Source: Bacilli bacterium
GTDB taxonomy: Bacteria > Bacillota_I > Bacilli_A > RF39 > UBA660
DNA: 64,000 nt
Assembly (NCBI GenBank): GCA_025992315.1
Contig: DAJPHG010000001.1
Location: forward strand, 881,633-945,632
Reading direction: 5' to 3'
The translations under genes were made by a program, and so were the position numbers. Under the pieces are notes generated by a model, which was not told where the DNA came from, did no database searches, and worked only from the letters and a program-made list of their open reading frames with translations. Below are positions 48,141 through 57,031 of this stretch, in pieces. The stretch's first letter is position 1; each line of letters begins with the position of its first letter.

Positions 48141-49337
48141 ATGAACAAAGAAGATTTTCCTATGTTTAAGCAAAATATTACATATTTAGATAATGGTGCC
48201 ACAACATTTAAACCAAAATGCGTTATAGACAAAATTGCTGATTATTATTCTAATTATTGTGCAAATGCTCATCGAGGAGATTATGATATTTCATATAAAG
48301 TTGATATGGAATATGAAAATACAAGAGATTTAGTAAAAGAGTTTATTAATGCAAAGTCAAAAGAAGAAATTGTTTTTACTAGTGGATGCACTGAAAGTTT
48401 GAATATTATTGTATCTGGTTTTTTTGAAAGGCTAATAGAAGCTAATGATGAAATTATTTTAACTAAGAGTGAACATGCTTCTAATGTTTTACCTTGGTTT
48501 AGAATTGCTAAACAAAGTCATGCTAAAATTAAATATATTCCTTTAACAAAAGATCACCATGTTACTTTAGAAAATTTAAAAAGTATTATAACTCCTCAAA
48601 CTAAAATTATTGCTTTAGCTCAAATTACAAATGTTATTGGAGATAAAAGACCAATTAAAGAAATTTGTAAATTTGCTCATGAAAATAATATTTTTGTTGT
48701 TGTTGACGGTGCTCAAAGTGTGCCTCATATGAAAGTTGATGTTCAAGATTTAGATTGTGACTTTTTAACTTTTTCTGCTCATAAGATGTGTGGACCAACT
48801 GGTGTTGGCGTTCTTTATGGAAAAAAAGAGTTACTTGAAGCTGTTGAACCAATGAATTTAGGTGGAGGAATGAATGAATCATTCGATAATGAATACGAAG
48901 TATTGTTAAAATCTCTTCCTACGCGTTTAGAAGCAGGAACTCCTAATATTGCTGGAGTAATTGGCTTCGGTGAAGCGATAAAATATTTACAAAAAATTGG
49001 AATGTATAATATTTATCAATATGAAAAAGATCTACGCTCTTATTTAGTTGATAAGTTAGAAAAAATTAATCATGTTGATATTATTAATATTAATAGTGAT
49101 TCTGGTATAGTTGCTTTTAATGTAGATGATGTTTTTTCTCAAGATGTGGCTTATTATTTAAACAAATATAATGTTTGTGTAAGAGCAGGAAATCATTGTG
49201 CTAAAATATTAAAGAATGAAACTGGTGTAAAAAATACCTGCCGTGTTAGCTTATATTTTTATAATACTTATGAAGATGTTGATAAATTAGTTTCTTTACT
49301 TAGCAATAAAGAAAAAATAATTACGGAGATGTTATAA
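48141..49337 (+). CDS. sufS: cysteine desulfurase SufS
   Basis: Contains YLDNGATTFKP, the PLP lysine in SAHKMCGPTGVG and the catalytic Cys in RAGNHCA. Confidence 0.9.
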   Translation: MNKEDFPMFKQNITYLDNGATTFKPKCVIDKIADYYSNYCANAHRGDYDISYKVDMEYENTRDLVKEFINAKSKEEIVFTSGCTESLNIIVSGFFERLIEANDEIILTKSEHASNVLPWFRIAKQSHAKIKYIPLTKDHHVTLENLKSIITPQTKIIALAQITNVIGDKRPIKEICKFAHENNIFVVVDGAQSVPHMKVDVQDLDCDFLTFSAHKMCGPTGVGVLYGKKELLEAVEPMNLGGGMNESFDNEYEVLLKSLPTRLEAGTPNIAGVIGFGEAIKYLQKIGMYNIYQYEKDLRSYLVDKLEKINHVDIININSDSGIVAFNVDDVFSQDVAYYLNKYNVCVRAGNHCAKILKNETGVKNTCRVSLYFYNTYEDVDKLVSLLSNKEKIITEML

Positions 49338-49762
49338 TGGATGAACAAATAAAAAGAGAAATTATTATGGAAAATTATCTAAAACCATATAATAAAGAAA
49401 ATATCGATGATAGTGAATATATTAAGGTGAATACTAATAATGAATCTTGTATTGATAATATTGATTTAAATATTTTAATTAAAGATAATATTATAAAAGA
49501 CATAAAGTTTGATGGTGAAGCGTGTGCTATTTCTACTGCATCTACATCTATTATGATTCAAGAACTAATAGGTAAAACAGTTAGTGAAGCAATTGAATAT
49601 ATAAATACTTTTGAAAATATGTTAGAAGAAAAAGAATATAATAATGAATCATTAGGTAATGCTATTGTATTTGAAGATATTTATAAGCAAAAAAATAGAA
49701 AACATTGTGCTTTTTTACCTTATAATGGAATTAAAAAAGTTTTAGAAAACTACGGGAAATAA
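49337..49762 (+). CDS. sufU: Fe-S scaffold/sulfur acceptor SufU
   Basis: 141 aa with NESCIDNI, GEACAISTAS and RKHCA Cys ligand motifs. Confidence 0.9.
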   Translation: MDEQIKREIIMENYLKPYNKENIDDSEYIKVNTNNESCIDNIDLNILIKDNIIKDIKFDGEACAISTASTSIMIQELIGKTVSEAIEYINTFENMLEEKEYNNESLGNAIVFEDIYKQKNRKHCAFLPYNGIKKVLENYGK

Positions 49763-49800
49763 TTGTCGTATAAGATTATTTGAAAAAAGATAAAAAGAAT

Positions 49801-49829
49801 TTGATTATCATATTTACTTGTGATAAAAT
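49801..49829 (+). promoter_or_regulatory. sigma-A promoter of the serS leader
   Basis: TTGATT, a 17-nt spacer ending in TGa, then TAAAAT. Confidence 0.55.
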
Positions 49830-49839
49830 AAGTACATAA

Positions 49840-50035
49840 ATCAATGATGAAAGAATAGTAATAAATAATATATTTTGTAGAGAGTTAGTGGTTGGTGGAA
49901 ACTAATAAATAATTATTTATGAATCTACTTTCTAGAGAGTTTAATAAACTCCGGTTTAAGCCGTTATTTAAATTAAGAAAAATAAAGGATGGTACCGCAT
50001 TACTTTGCTCCTTAAGCAAGTAGTGCGTTTTTATT
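49840..50035 (+). promoter_or_regulatory. T-box riboswitch leader (Ser specifier UCU) controlling serS
   Basis: Elements read in order: TGATGA kink-turn, AGTA, AGAGAG box, GGTGGAAAC distal loop, GAA-TCT-A specifier at 49921-49927, T-box GGATGGTACCGC at 49987-49998, then a terminator stem (GCATTACTTTGC/GCAAGTAGTGC) and T-run. Confidence 0.8.
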
Positions 50036-50051
50036 TAGAAAGGAAAAAGAA

Positions 50052-51341
50052 ATGTTAGATATTAAATATGTAGTAGAGAATAAAGAAAAGGTTAAAGAAA
50101 ACATTAAAAAGAAATTTCAAGACAAAAAATTACCTTTAGTAGATGAAGTAGTAGAACTTTATAGTAAAGTTAAAGAAAATAAAATAAAAAGAGATGAACT
50201 TGGTTCAAAAAGAAATACATTAAGTACTCAAATCGGTAGTCTTATGAGAGAAAAAAATATTGATGAAGCAAATAAAATAAAGGATGAAGTTAAAAACATT
50301 AATGATGAATTAAAAACTATAGATGAAACATTAGAAACTTTAAATGCCGAAGTTAAAAAAAGAATGATGGTTATTCCTAATATAATAGATGGTACAGTTC
50401 CAATAGGTGAAGATGATTCTCATAATGTTGAAATAGAAAAATATGGGGAGCCAGTTGTACCTGATTATGAAATACCATATCATGCTAGTATTTTAGAAAG
50501 CTTTAATGGTTTAGATAAAGATTCAGCAGGTAGAACAAGTGGTAATGGTTTTTATTATTTAATGGGTGATGCAGCTCGTCTTTCTTCAGCAATGCTTTCT
50601 TATGCTAGAGATTTCATGATAGATAAAGGATTTACTTATTGTATTCCACCATTTATGATAAGAAGTGATGTTGTAACTGGAGTTATGTCTTTTGATGAAA
50701 TGGATGCTATGATGTATAAAATTGAAGGCGAAGATCTTTATTTGATAGGTACTAGTGAACACTCAATGATTGGCAAATTTCAAAATCAAATTATTAAAGA
50801 AGAGAGTTTGCCAATTACAATGACTTCTTATTCTCCTTGTTTTAGAAAAGAAGTAGGTGCTCATGGTATTGAAGAACGTGGTATTTATCGTGTTCATCAG
50901 TTTGAAAAACAAGAAATGGTCGTTCTTTGTAAAAAAGAAGAAGGAATGGATTGGTATAATAAAATGTGGCAGTATACAGTGGAACTTTTTAGAAGCTTAG
51001 ACATACCTGTTCGTACTTTAGAATGTTGTAGTGGAGACCTAGCTGATTTAAAAGTTAAATCTTGTGATGTTGAAGCTTGGTCACCTAGACAAAAAACATA
51101 TTTTGAAGTAGGTTCTTGTTCTATTTTAGGAGATGCTCAAGCAAGACGTTTAGGAATTAGAATGAAAACTAATAATGGTAATGAATATGTTACAACTTTA
51201 AATAACACAGTTCTTGCTTCAACACGTGCTCTTATAGCGTTGATAGAAAATAATTATCAAGAAGATAAATCGATTAAAATACCAAAAGTTTTACAACCAT
51301 ACATGGGTGGTAAAGAAGTTATAAAACCAATAAATATATAG
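50052..51341 (+). CDS. serS: seryl-tRNA synthetase
   Basis: 429 aa with an N-terminal coiled-coil arm and class II motifs (FRKEVGAHG, YRVHQFEKQE, GSCSILGDAQARR). Confidence 0.95.
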   Translation: MLDIKYVVENKEKVKENIKKKFQDKKLPLVDEVVELYSKVKENKIKRDELGSKRNTLSTQIGSLMREKNIDEANKIKDEVKNINDELKTIDETLETLNAEVKKRMMVIPNIIDGTVPIGEDDSHNVEIEKYGEPVVPDYEIPYHASILESFNGLDKDSAGRTSGNGFYYLMGDAARLSSAMLSYARDFMIDKGFTYCIPPFMIRSDVVTGVMSFDEMDAMMYKIEGEDLYLIGTSEHSMIGKFQNQIIKEESLPITMTSYSPCFRKEVGAHGIEERGIYRVHQFEKQEMVVLCKKEEGMDWYNKMWQYTVELFRSLDIPVRTLECCSGDLADLKVKSCDVEAWSPRQKTYFEVGSCSILGDAQARRLGIRMKTNNGNEYVTTLNNTVLASTRALIALIENNYQEDKSIKIPKVLQPYMGGKEVIKPINI

Positions 51342-51426
51342 AAGAAGTAAAATTAATTCCTTCTTTTTTATTTATTTTTAGCAGTTAGTAGTTTTTTATT
51401 ATAGGCAGTATAGATAGGAGAAAATA

Positions 51427-52116
51427 ATGTATATACTTGATGGAATAGAAGATTTAGAAGTACTAAGTAAAGAGCAAACTAATTATTATTTAAAAAGAGT
51501 TAAAGAAAATGATGAGAATGCGAGAAAAATATTGATTGAAAGAAATATTAAATTGGTAATATATTTAGCTAATAGATATTTTCATAATTTAAAACTTGAT
51601 GAAGATGATTTAATAGCTTATGGTACGATTGGATTGATAAAGAGTATTGATACTTTTAATTTAGATAAGAATATTGCTTTTATCACTTATGCTAGTCGAT
51701 GTATAATTAATGAAATACTAATGTTTTTGCGTAGAGAAAAAAAGAATTCACAAAATATTAGTTTAAGCACGCCAATAGAATTTTCTTCACTAAAGGAATC
51801 GGTTTTACTAGAAAATCTTTTACCAAATAAAGATATTAATATTGAAGAAGATTATGAAGAAAAAGAATTATTTGAAATAGTAAATGAATTAGTAGAATGT
51901 TTACCTGAAAAAGAAAAAAGAATAATTACGATGTTTTATGGTTTAAATAATACTAAAAGAAAAAGTCAAAGTGAAATTGCTAGAGAATATGGGGTATGTC
52001 AAAGCACTATATTTAAAGTAATTTCTAAATCAATTAAATTTATTAATACTAAATTAGAAAGATTAGAATTAAAAGAAAAAAATGTTTTAAAAAGAACATT
52101 AAGCAATCAAAAATAG
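51427..52116 (+). CDS. sigma-70 family sigma factor (sporulation SigE/SigK/SigG-like group)
   Basis: Region 2 (DDLIAYGTIGLIKSIDTF...TYASRCIINEILMFLRREKK) and a region 4 HTH (SQSEIAREYGVCQSTIFK). Confidence 0.8.
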   Translation: MYILDGIEDLEVLSKEQTNYYLKRVKENDENARKILIERNIKLVIYLANRYFHNLKLDEDDLIAYGTIGLIKSIDTFNLDKNIAFITYASRCIINEILMFLRREKKNSQNISLSTPIEFSSLKESVLLENLLPNKDINIEEDYEEKELFEIVNELVECLPEKEKRIITMFYGLNNTKRKSQSEIAREYGVCQSTIFKVISKSIKFINTKLERLELKEKNVLKRTLSNQK

Positions 52117-52168
52117 TTAAACTTTAATTTTAATTTAAAACTATGCTATAATAATGCTAGTGGTATTT

Positions 52169-53905
52169 ATGAAAATAAAAGAATTAAAGTCAAAGAGTAA
52201 AAAGACAATAAAAAAACATTATTTATTACTAATATTTTTATGCTTATTGTCTGCTTTTTTTAATAGTGAATTTTCTAATTCATTAACTTTAATAAAAGGA
52301 CAAAATCTAACTAATATAGTTGGATCATTTAGAGGTAAAAATAACAAAGTTATAGAAGAAAAAAATAAAATAGTAAAAGATATTAAAAGTAATCCTGCTT
52401 TTAGTAAGAAAAAAGGTATTTTTGCTACAGCAATTAATACTTTTTCATCTAATAATGTTTCTGCACTATTTAAAGATCTTGTTATTTCTATAATTAATAG
52501 TAAAAATATATTAATATTATTATTAGTAATATTAAGTTTTATGTTCCTGTTTATTATTTATTATTATATAAAAGGAATTCTTTCTGTAATTATAAGAAGA
52601 AGTTTTTTAGAAGCTAGGTTATATGATCAGATTCCTGCTCATAGAATAGCTTATTTATTTCATAGCAAATATAGTTTTAATATAGTTTTTACAATGTTTA
52701 TTAAACGTTTATATCAATTTTTGTGGGACTTTACAATAATAGGTGGAGTTATTAAACATTACAGTTATAGATTAGTACCATATATATTAGCAGAGAATCA
52801 TTCTATGAAAGCCAATGAAGTTATTAAATTATCTCAAAATATGATGCAAGGTTATAAATGGAGATTATTTAAAATAGACTTGTCATTTATATTATGGGAC
52901 TTACTAGATTTATTTACATTTGGATTAGTTGGCATATTTTATGCAAATGCTTATAAATTATGTGTAGAAAGTGAGTTCTTTGTTAAAGTACGATCAGATG
53001 CGTTAATAAAGAAAGTTGAATTAAGTTATAATTTGAATGATACATATTTATATTCTTTAGCTGATAAAGAGCTATTAAATGAAACATATTCTGATATTTT
53101 AATAAAAGAAGAAGTAATAAAGAAAGAAGATATAGTCTTAAATGAATTTAAAGGGTTTATTTTAAAATACTTTGGTATTACATTATATAGTGAAGAATTT
53201 AGTGCAAAATACAATGATTTAGCTGCATTAAAAATGAAAATAGAAGGGGATAAAAATATTTTAGAACAGAAATCTTATCCTATTAGACTTTATCCTATTA
53301 AAGAGAAAGAAAGAAAAATGAAAATTGATAAAGTAAATTATTTAAAAGGGTATACAGTAATATCTATAATAGCTTTATTTTTAATATTTTCTATGATTGG
53401 CTGGACTTGGGAAGTAATGCTTCATTTAATAAAAAGAGGAAATTTTGTAAATAGAGGAGTTTTATTTGGACCATGGCTTCCTATATATGGTTCAGGAGGT
53501 ATTTTAATATTAACTATTTTAAATAAATATCGTAATAAACCAAAATTAGAGTTTTTATATGCGGTTTTACTTTGCGGAATAGTTGAATATTTTACTTCAG
53601 TTTATTTAGAATTAACACATGATGGAATGCGTTGGTGGAATTATTCTGGTTATTTCTTAAATTTAAATGGACGAATTTGTTTGGAAAATTTATTAGTATT
53701 TGGTTTAGGCGGAATTGCTGTTGTTTATGCTATTGCTCCATATATCGATAATGTATTAAAAAAATTCAATAAGAAAATATTAACTTCTGTGGTTTGGATA
53801 ATTTTAAGCATATTTATTATTGATCAAATTCATTCATCTTTTGTTCCTAATACAGGCAAAGGAGTTAGTTCTAATCCTACAAAAGTTACTAGTGTAAAAA
53901 AATAA
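52169..53905 (+). CDS. polytopic membrane protein: DUF975-like N-terminal half fused to a CmpB/DUF1113-like C-terminal module
   Basis: The MKIKELKSKSKKTIKKHY start is typical of DUF975. The C-terminal GWTWEVMLHLIKRGNFVNRGVLFGPWLPIYG matches the putative ABC-transporter type IV family pattern. Confidence 0.6.
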   Translation: MKIKELKSKSKKTIKKHYLLLIFLCLLSAFFNSEFSNSLTLIKGQNLTNIVGSFRGKNNKVIEEKNKIVKDIKSNPAFSKKKGIFATAINTFSSNNVSALFKDLVISIINSKNILILLLVILSFMFLFIIYYYIKGILSVIIRRSFLEARLYDQIPAHRIAYLFHSKYSFNIVFTMFIKRLYQFLWDFTIIGGVIKHYSYRLVPYILAENHSMKANEVIKLSQNMMQGYKWRLFKIDLSFILWDLLDLFTFGLVGIFYANAYKLCVESEFFVKVRSDALIKKVELSYNLNDTYLYSLADKELLNETYSDILIKEEVIKKEDIVLNEFKGFILKYFGITLYSEEFSAKYNDLAALKMKIEGDKNILEQKSYPIRLYPIKEKERKMKIDKVNYLKGYTVISIIALFLIFSMIGWTWEVMLHLIKRGNFVNRGVLFGPWLPIYGSGGILILTILNKYRNKPKLEFLYAVLLCGIVEYFTSVYLELTHDGMRWWNYSGYFLNLNGRICLENLLVFGLGGIAVVYAIAPYIDNVLKKFNKKILTSVVWIILSIFIIDQIHSSFVPNTGKGVSSNPTKVTSVKK

Positions 53906-53989
53906 AACTTTTCATATTCTTTTCTTTTTTATCACTAATATTTCACATTTAAATAATATTATTAAAGTGTAGAAAGGAGAAGTGATATA

Positions 53990-54220
53990 ATAAAAATAAA
54001 ACTTGTAGGAACTGATACAAATAATGGAATGAAACTCAGCAAGTTGGTTAGACAAGTAGTTACAGGATATGATGACACTATAAAAATCCAAGATTTGAAT
54101 GACTCTACCTCTATAAACAAATATGGAATTACAAATACTCCTGCTCTTATTATTGACGGTGTTATTGTATCTCAAGGTAAAACAATGTCTACTCAGGAAA
54201 TACAAGAGTTTTTAATATAA
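53990..54220 (+). pseudogene. thioredoxin-fold small redox-active disulfide protein 2 homolog that has lost its ATG and CxxC
   Basis: The in-frame translation from ATA at 53990 is IKIKLVGTDTNNGMKLSKLV...YGITNTPALIIDGVIVSQG, colinear with the MKIxVLGxGCxxCKKL...TPALVIDG pattern. Both Cys residues are replaced (T, G). The first ATG at 54029 would remove strand 1. Confidence 0.5.
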
Positions 54221-54310
54221 TAGATATAAAGCATCTTTAATTGGATGCTTTTTTATTGTAATTAAAATACCTAGTTGTTATAATATATATTATAGAAAGG
54301 ATGTAGTAGT

Positions 54311-54655
54311 ATGCAAAAAAGAGATATTGTTAAGTGCATTATATTTTCTATAATAACATGTGGTATCTATGGTATTTATTGGTTTATTGTTTTAACTGAT
54401 GATGTAAATAGATTAAGTGAAGATAATTCAACTTCTGGTGCTATGGCATTTGTTTTAACTTTGATAACATGTGGTATTTATGGATTTTATTGGGCATATC
54501 AAATGGGTAGAAAAATTTATGATTATTCAGTAAAAAATAATATGGCTTTATCAGATAATTCAGTATTATATATAATATTACAATTGTTTGGCTTAGGTAT
54601 TGTTAATTATTGTTTAATGCAAAATGATCTTAATACTATTGCAGAAAGAAATTAA
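54311..54655 (+). CDS. DUF4234 membrane protein
   Basis: The TCGIYGIYWF and TCGIYGFYWAY motifs occur within TM helices. Confidence 0.7.
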   Translation: MQKRDIVKCIIFSIITCGIYGIYWFIVLTDDVNRLSEDNSTSGAMAFVLTLITCGIYGFYWAYQMGRKIYDYSVKNNMALSDNSVLYIILQLFGLGIVNYCLMQNDLNTIAERN

Positions 54656-54678
54656 TAGTTTCTTTCTTTAATTTTGAA

Positions 54679-55062
54679 ATGAAATATAAAAAAAATTTAT
54701 ATCTTTTAGTTATTATATTTATTGCTTTTTTATACTATTTTAAGATTATAGATATTCCTTGTCTCTTTTTAAAAATTACTCATTTTTATTGTCCTGGATG
54801 TGGGATAACTAGAGCTATTCGTAGTTTATTATCTTTAAACTTTTATCAAGCTTTTAGATATAATAATTTAATAATTATATTAATACCTGTTTTTTTAATC
54901 TATTATTTTGAGGCTATTTGTAACAAATTTAAGATCAAAAATTTAAATATTAGTAAATATATGAAAAATAAATTTTGGCTTAGTATTTTGATAATAATCA
55001 TATTTTACGGTATTATTAGAAATATTCCTTTATTTAATTATTTGCTACCAACTAAAGTTTAA
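54679..55062 (+). CDS. DUF2752 membrane protein
   Basis: Contains the CPGCGITRA motif after the first TM helix. Confidence 0.7.
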   Translation: MKYKKNLYLLVIIFIAFLYYFKIIDIPCLFLKITHFYCPGCGITRAIRSLLSLNFYQAFRYNNLIIILIPVFLIYYFEAICNKFKIKNLNISKYMKNKFWLSILIIIIFYGIIRNIPLFNYLLPTKV

Positions 55063-55122
55063 TCTAAAGCTTTTTTTTATTTTGGTTATTTGATATAATT
55101 AATATTTAGGAAGTGGTTTTAT

Positions 55123-56526
55123 ATGAATTTACCAAACTTAAAAGAAGCACGTATAAGAAGTGATAAAAAAGTTGATTATATTTATTTAAATGAAAATTAT
55201 GATAAAAATTTCTTAAAAGATAAAAAATATTTTTTGAAAACTTATGGTTGTCAGATGAATGTTCATGATTCAGAAGAAATTAGTGCTCGTTTAGAATCTT
55301 TAGGATTAAGTAAAACTGATACTTTAGAAGAAGCAGATGTTGCTATATTAAATACTTGTGCAATAAGAGAGAATGCTCATGATAAGGTATTTGGCTTTTT
55401 AGGCAGATGTAAACACTTAAAAAAGGATAAGCCAGGATTGATTGTTGGTGTTTGCGGATGTATGGCTCAAGAAGAAAATGTAGTTAATGAAATAATGAAA
55501 AAGCATCCTTATATTGATATAGTTTTCGGTACTCACAATATTAATGATTTACAAAATTTAATAATTAATCATAACCAAAAACAAGAGATAGATGTATATT
55601 CTTATGAAGGAAATGTTTATGAAAATATAAGTTATAAAAGAGATTCTAAAGTAAAAGCTTGGGTTAATATAATGTATGGATGTGATAAGTTTTGTACATA
55701 TTGTATAGTTCCATATACTAGAGGTAAGCAAAGAAGTAGAAAAAGTGAAGATATATTAAATGAAATAAAGAATTTAAAAGAACAAGGATATTTAGAAGTT
55801 ACTTTATTAGGCCAAAATGTTAATGCGTATGGAAAAGATTTAAAAAATGAAATATCTTTTGCAGAGCTTTTAGAACAAGTTAGTTTAATAGGAATACCTC
55901 GAATAAGATTTGTTACATCTCATCCTTGGGATTTTACTGATAAAATGATAGATATTATTGCTAAATATGATAATATAATGCCTTACATACATCTTCCTTT
56001 ACAATCTGGAAGTACTAAAATTTTAAAATTAATGGGTAGACGTTATAAAAAAGAGGAATATCTAAAACTATTTAATAATATTAAAAATAAAATTCCTAAT
56101 GTGGCTGTAACTACTGATATAATTGTTGGCTTTCCAAATGAAACAGATGAAGATTTTAGTGAAACTTTGGATGTTGTTAATAAATGTCAGTATGATGGAG
56201 CATTTACTTTTATTTATAGTTCTAGAGAAGGAACTCCAGCAGCTAAAATAAAGGACAGCATATCAATGGATATCAAAGAAAAACGTTTACATGAATTAAA
56301 TGAGATAGTAAATTCTTATTCTCTAATGAATAATAAAAAATATTTAAATAAAGAAGTTAAAGTATTAGTAGAAGGAATTAGTGAAAAGAATAAGGATAAA
56401 GTATATGGATATACTGAAACTATGAAATTAGTTAATATTGTTGGTAGCAAAGAACTAATTGGAAAAATTATTAATGTAAAAATAACAGAAGCTAAAAGTT
56501 TTAGTTTAGATGGTGAAGTTATATAA
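55123..56526 (+). CDS. miaB: tRNA-2-methylthio-N6-dimethylallyladenosine synthase MiaB
   Basis: It has the N-terminal cluster (YGCQMNVHDSE), the radical-SAM CDKFCTYCIVP motif and a C-terminal TRAM domain. Confidence 0.9.
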   Translation: MNLPNLKEARIRSDKKVDYIYLNENYDKNFLKDKKYFLKTYGCQMNVHDSEEISARLESLGLSKTDTLEEADVAILNTCAIRENAHDKVFGFLGRCKHLKKDKPGLIVGVCGCMAQEENVVNEIMKKHPYIDIVFGTHNINDLQNLIINHNQKQEIDVYSYEGNVYENISYKRDSKVKAWVNIMYGCDKFCTYCIVPYTRGKQRSRKSEDILNEIKNLKEQGYLEVTLLGQNVNAYGKDLKNEISFAELLEQVSLIGIPRIRFVTSHPWDFTDKMIDIIAKYDNIMPYIHLPLQSGSTKILKLMGRRYKKEEYLKLFNNIKNKIPNVAVTTDIIVGFPNETDEDFSETLDVVNKCQYDGAFTFIYSSREGTPAAKIKDSISMDIKEKRLHELNEIVNSYSLMNNKKYLNKEVKVLVEGISEKNKDKVYGYTETMKLVNIVGSKELIGKIINVKITEAKSFSLDGEVI

Positions 56527-56553
56527 AAAATACTATTGATTAAATAGTATTTT

Positions 56554-56880
56554 TTATAATTCAAATTTAATAGTTTCTCCTATATGAAAGTTATTACTAG
56601 AGTTATTAGGCAATTCTAATATATTTGAATCGTTAAGGTTATGCTCCATATGAAAAAGCTTATTTGGTTTGAGCGATTTAATAATAAATAGTATTTCATT
56701 GTTGTTGTTTAATCCAATAACATCAATGGCTTCTTTCATAAAAAAAGTATGAATGGCATTGCATTTGGGAAAAAGCATGCCATAATTTATATTTGTTTTG
56801 CCCATCAAACCAATGAATCTATCTTTAAAATTATTGGCAATTTTTATATCGATGGTTTTATTTTCTATATTTAATTTCAT
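56554..56880 (-). CDS. DUF192 protein
   Basis: FIGLMGK...GMLFPKCNAIHTFFMKEAIDVI fits DUF192. ATG at 56880 is preferred over the GTG at 56925 in the track. Confidence 0.7.
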   Translation of the reverse strand: MKLNIENKTIDIKIANNFKDRFIGLMGKTNINYGMLFPKCNAIHTFFMKEAIDVIGLNNNNEILFIIKSLKPNKLFHMEHNLNDSNILELPNNSSNNFHIGETIKFEL

Positions 56881-57031
56881 ATTTATCACTATTATAATAT
56901 TATCATATAAAAAATAAATTATCACATAAATAGTAAAAGAAAAAATAAAAATTTAGGCAATAATTGACAATAATTTTAGATGTTGATTGCAGTAATTGAT
57001 TAAATTAGATATAATAAATAAGGTGATAATA

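Noticed and set aside
53912-54205. 97-aa minus-strand ORF
   Set aside because: It overlaps the thioredoxin-fold frame on the plus strand, which has recognisable homology. There is no RBS.
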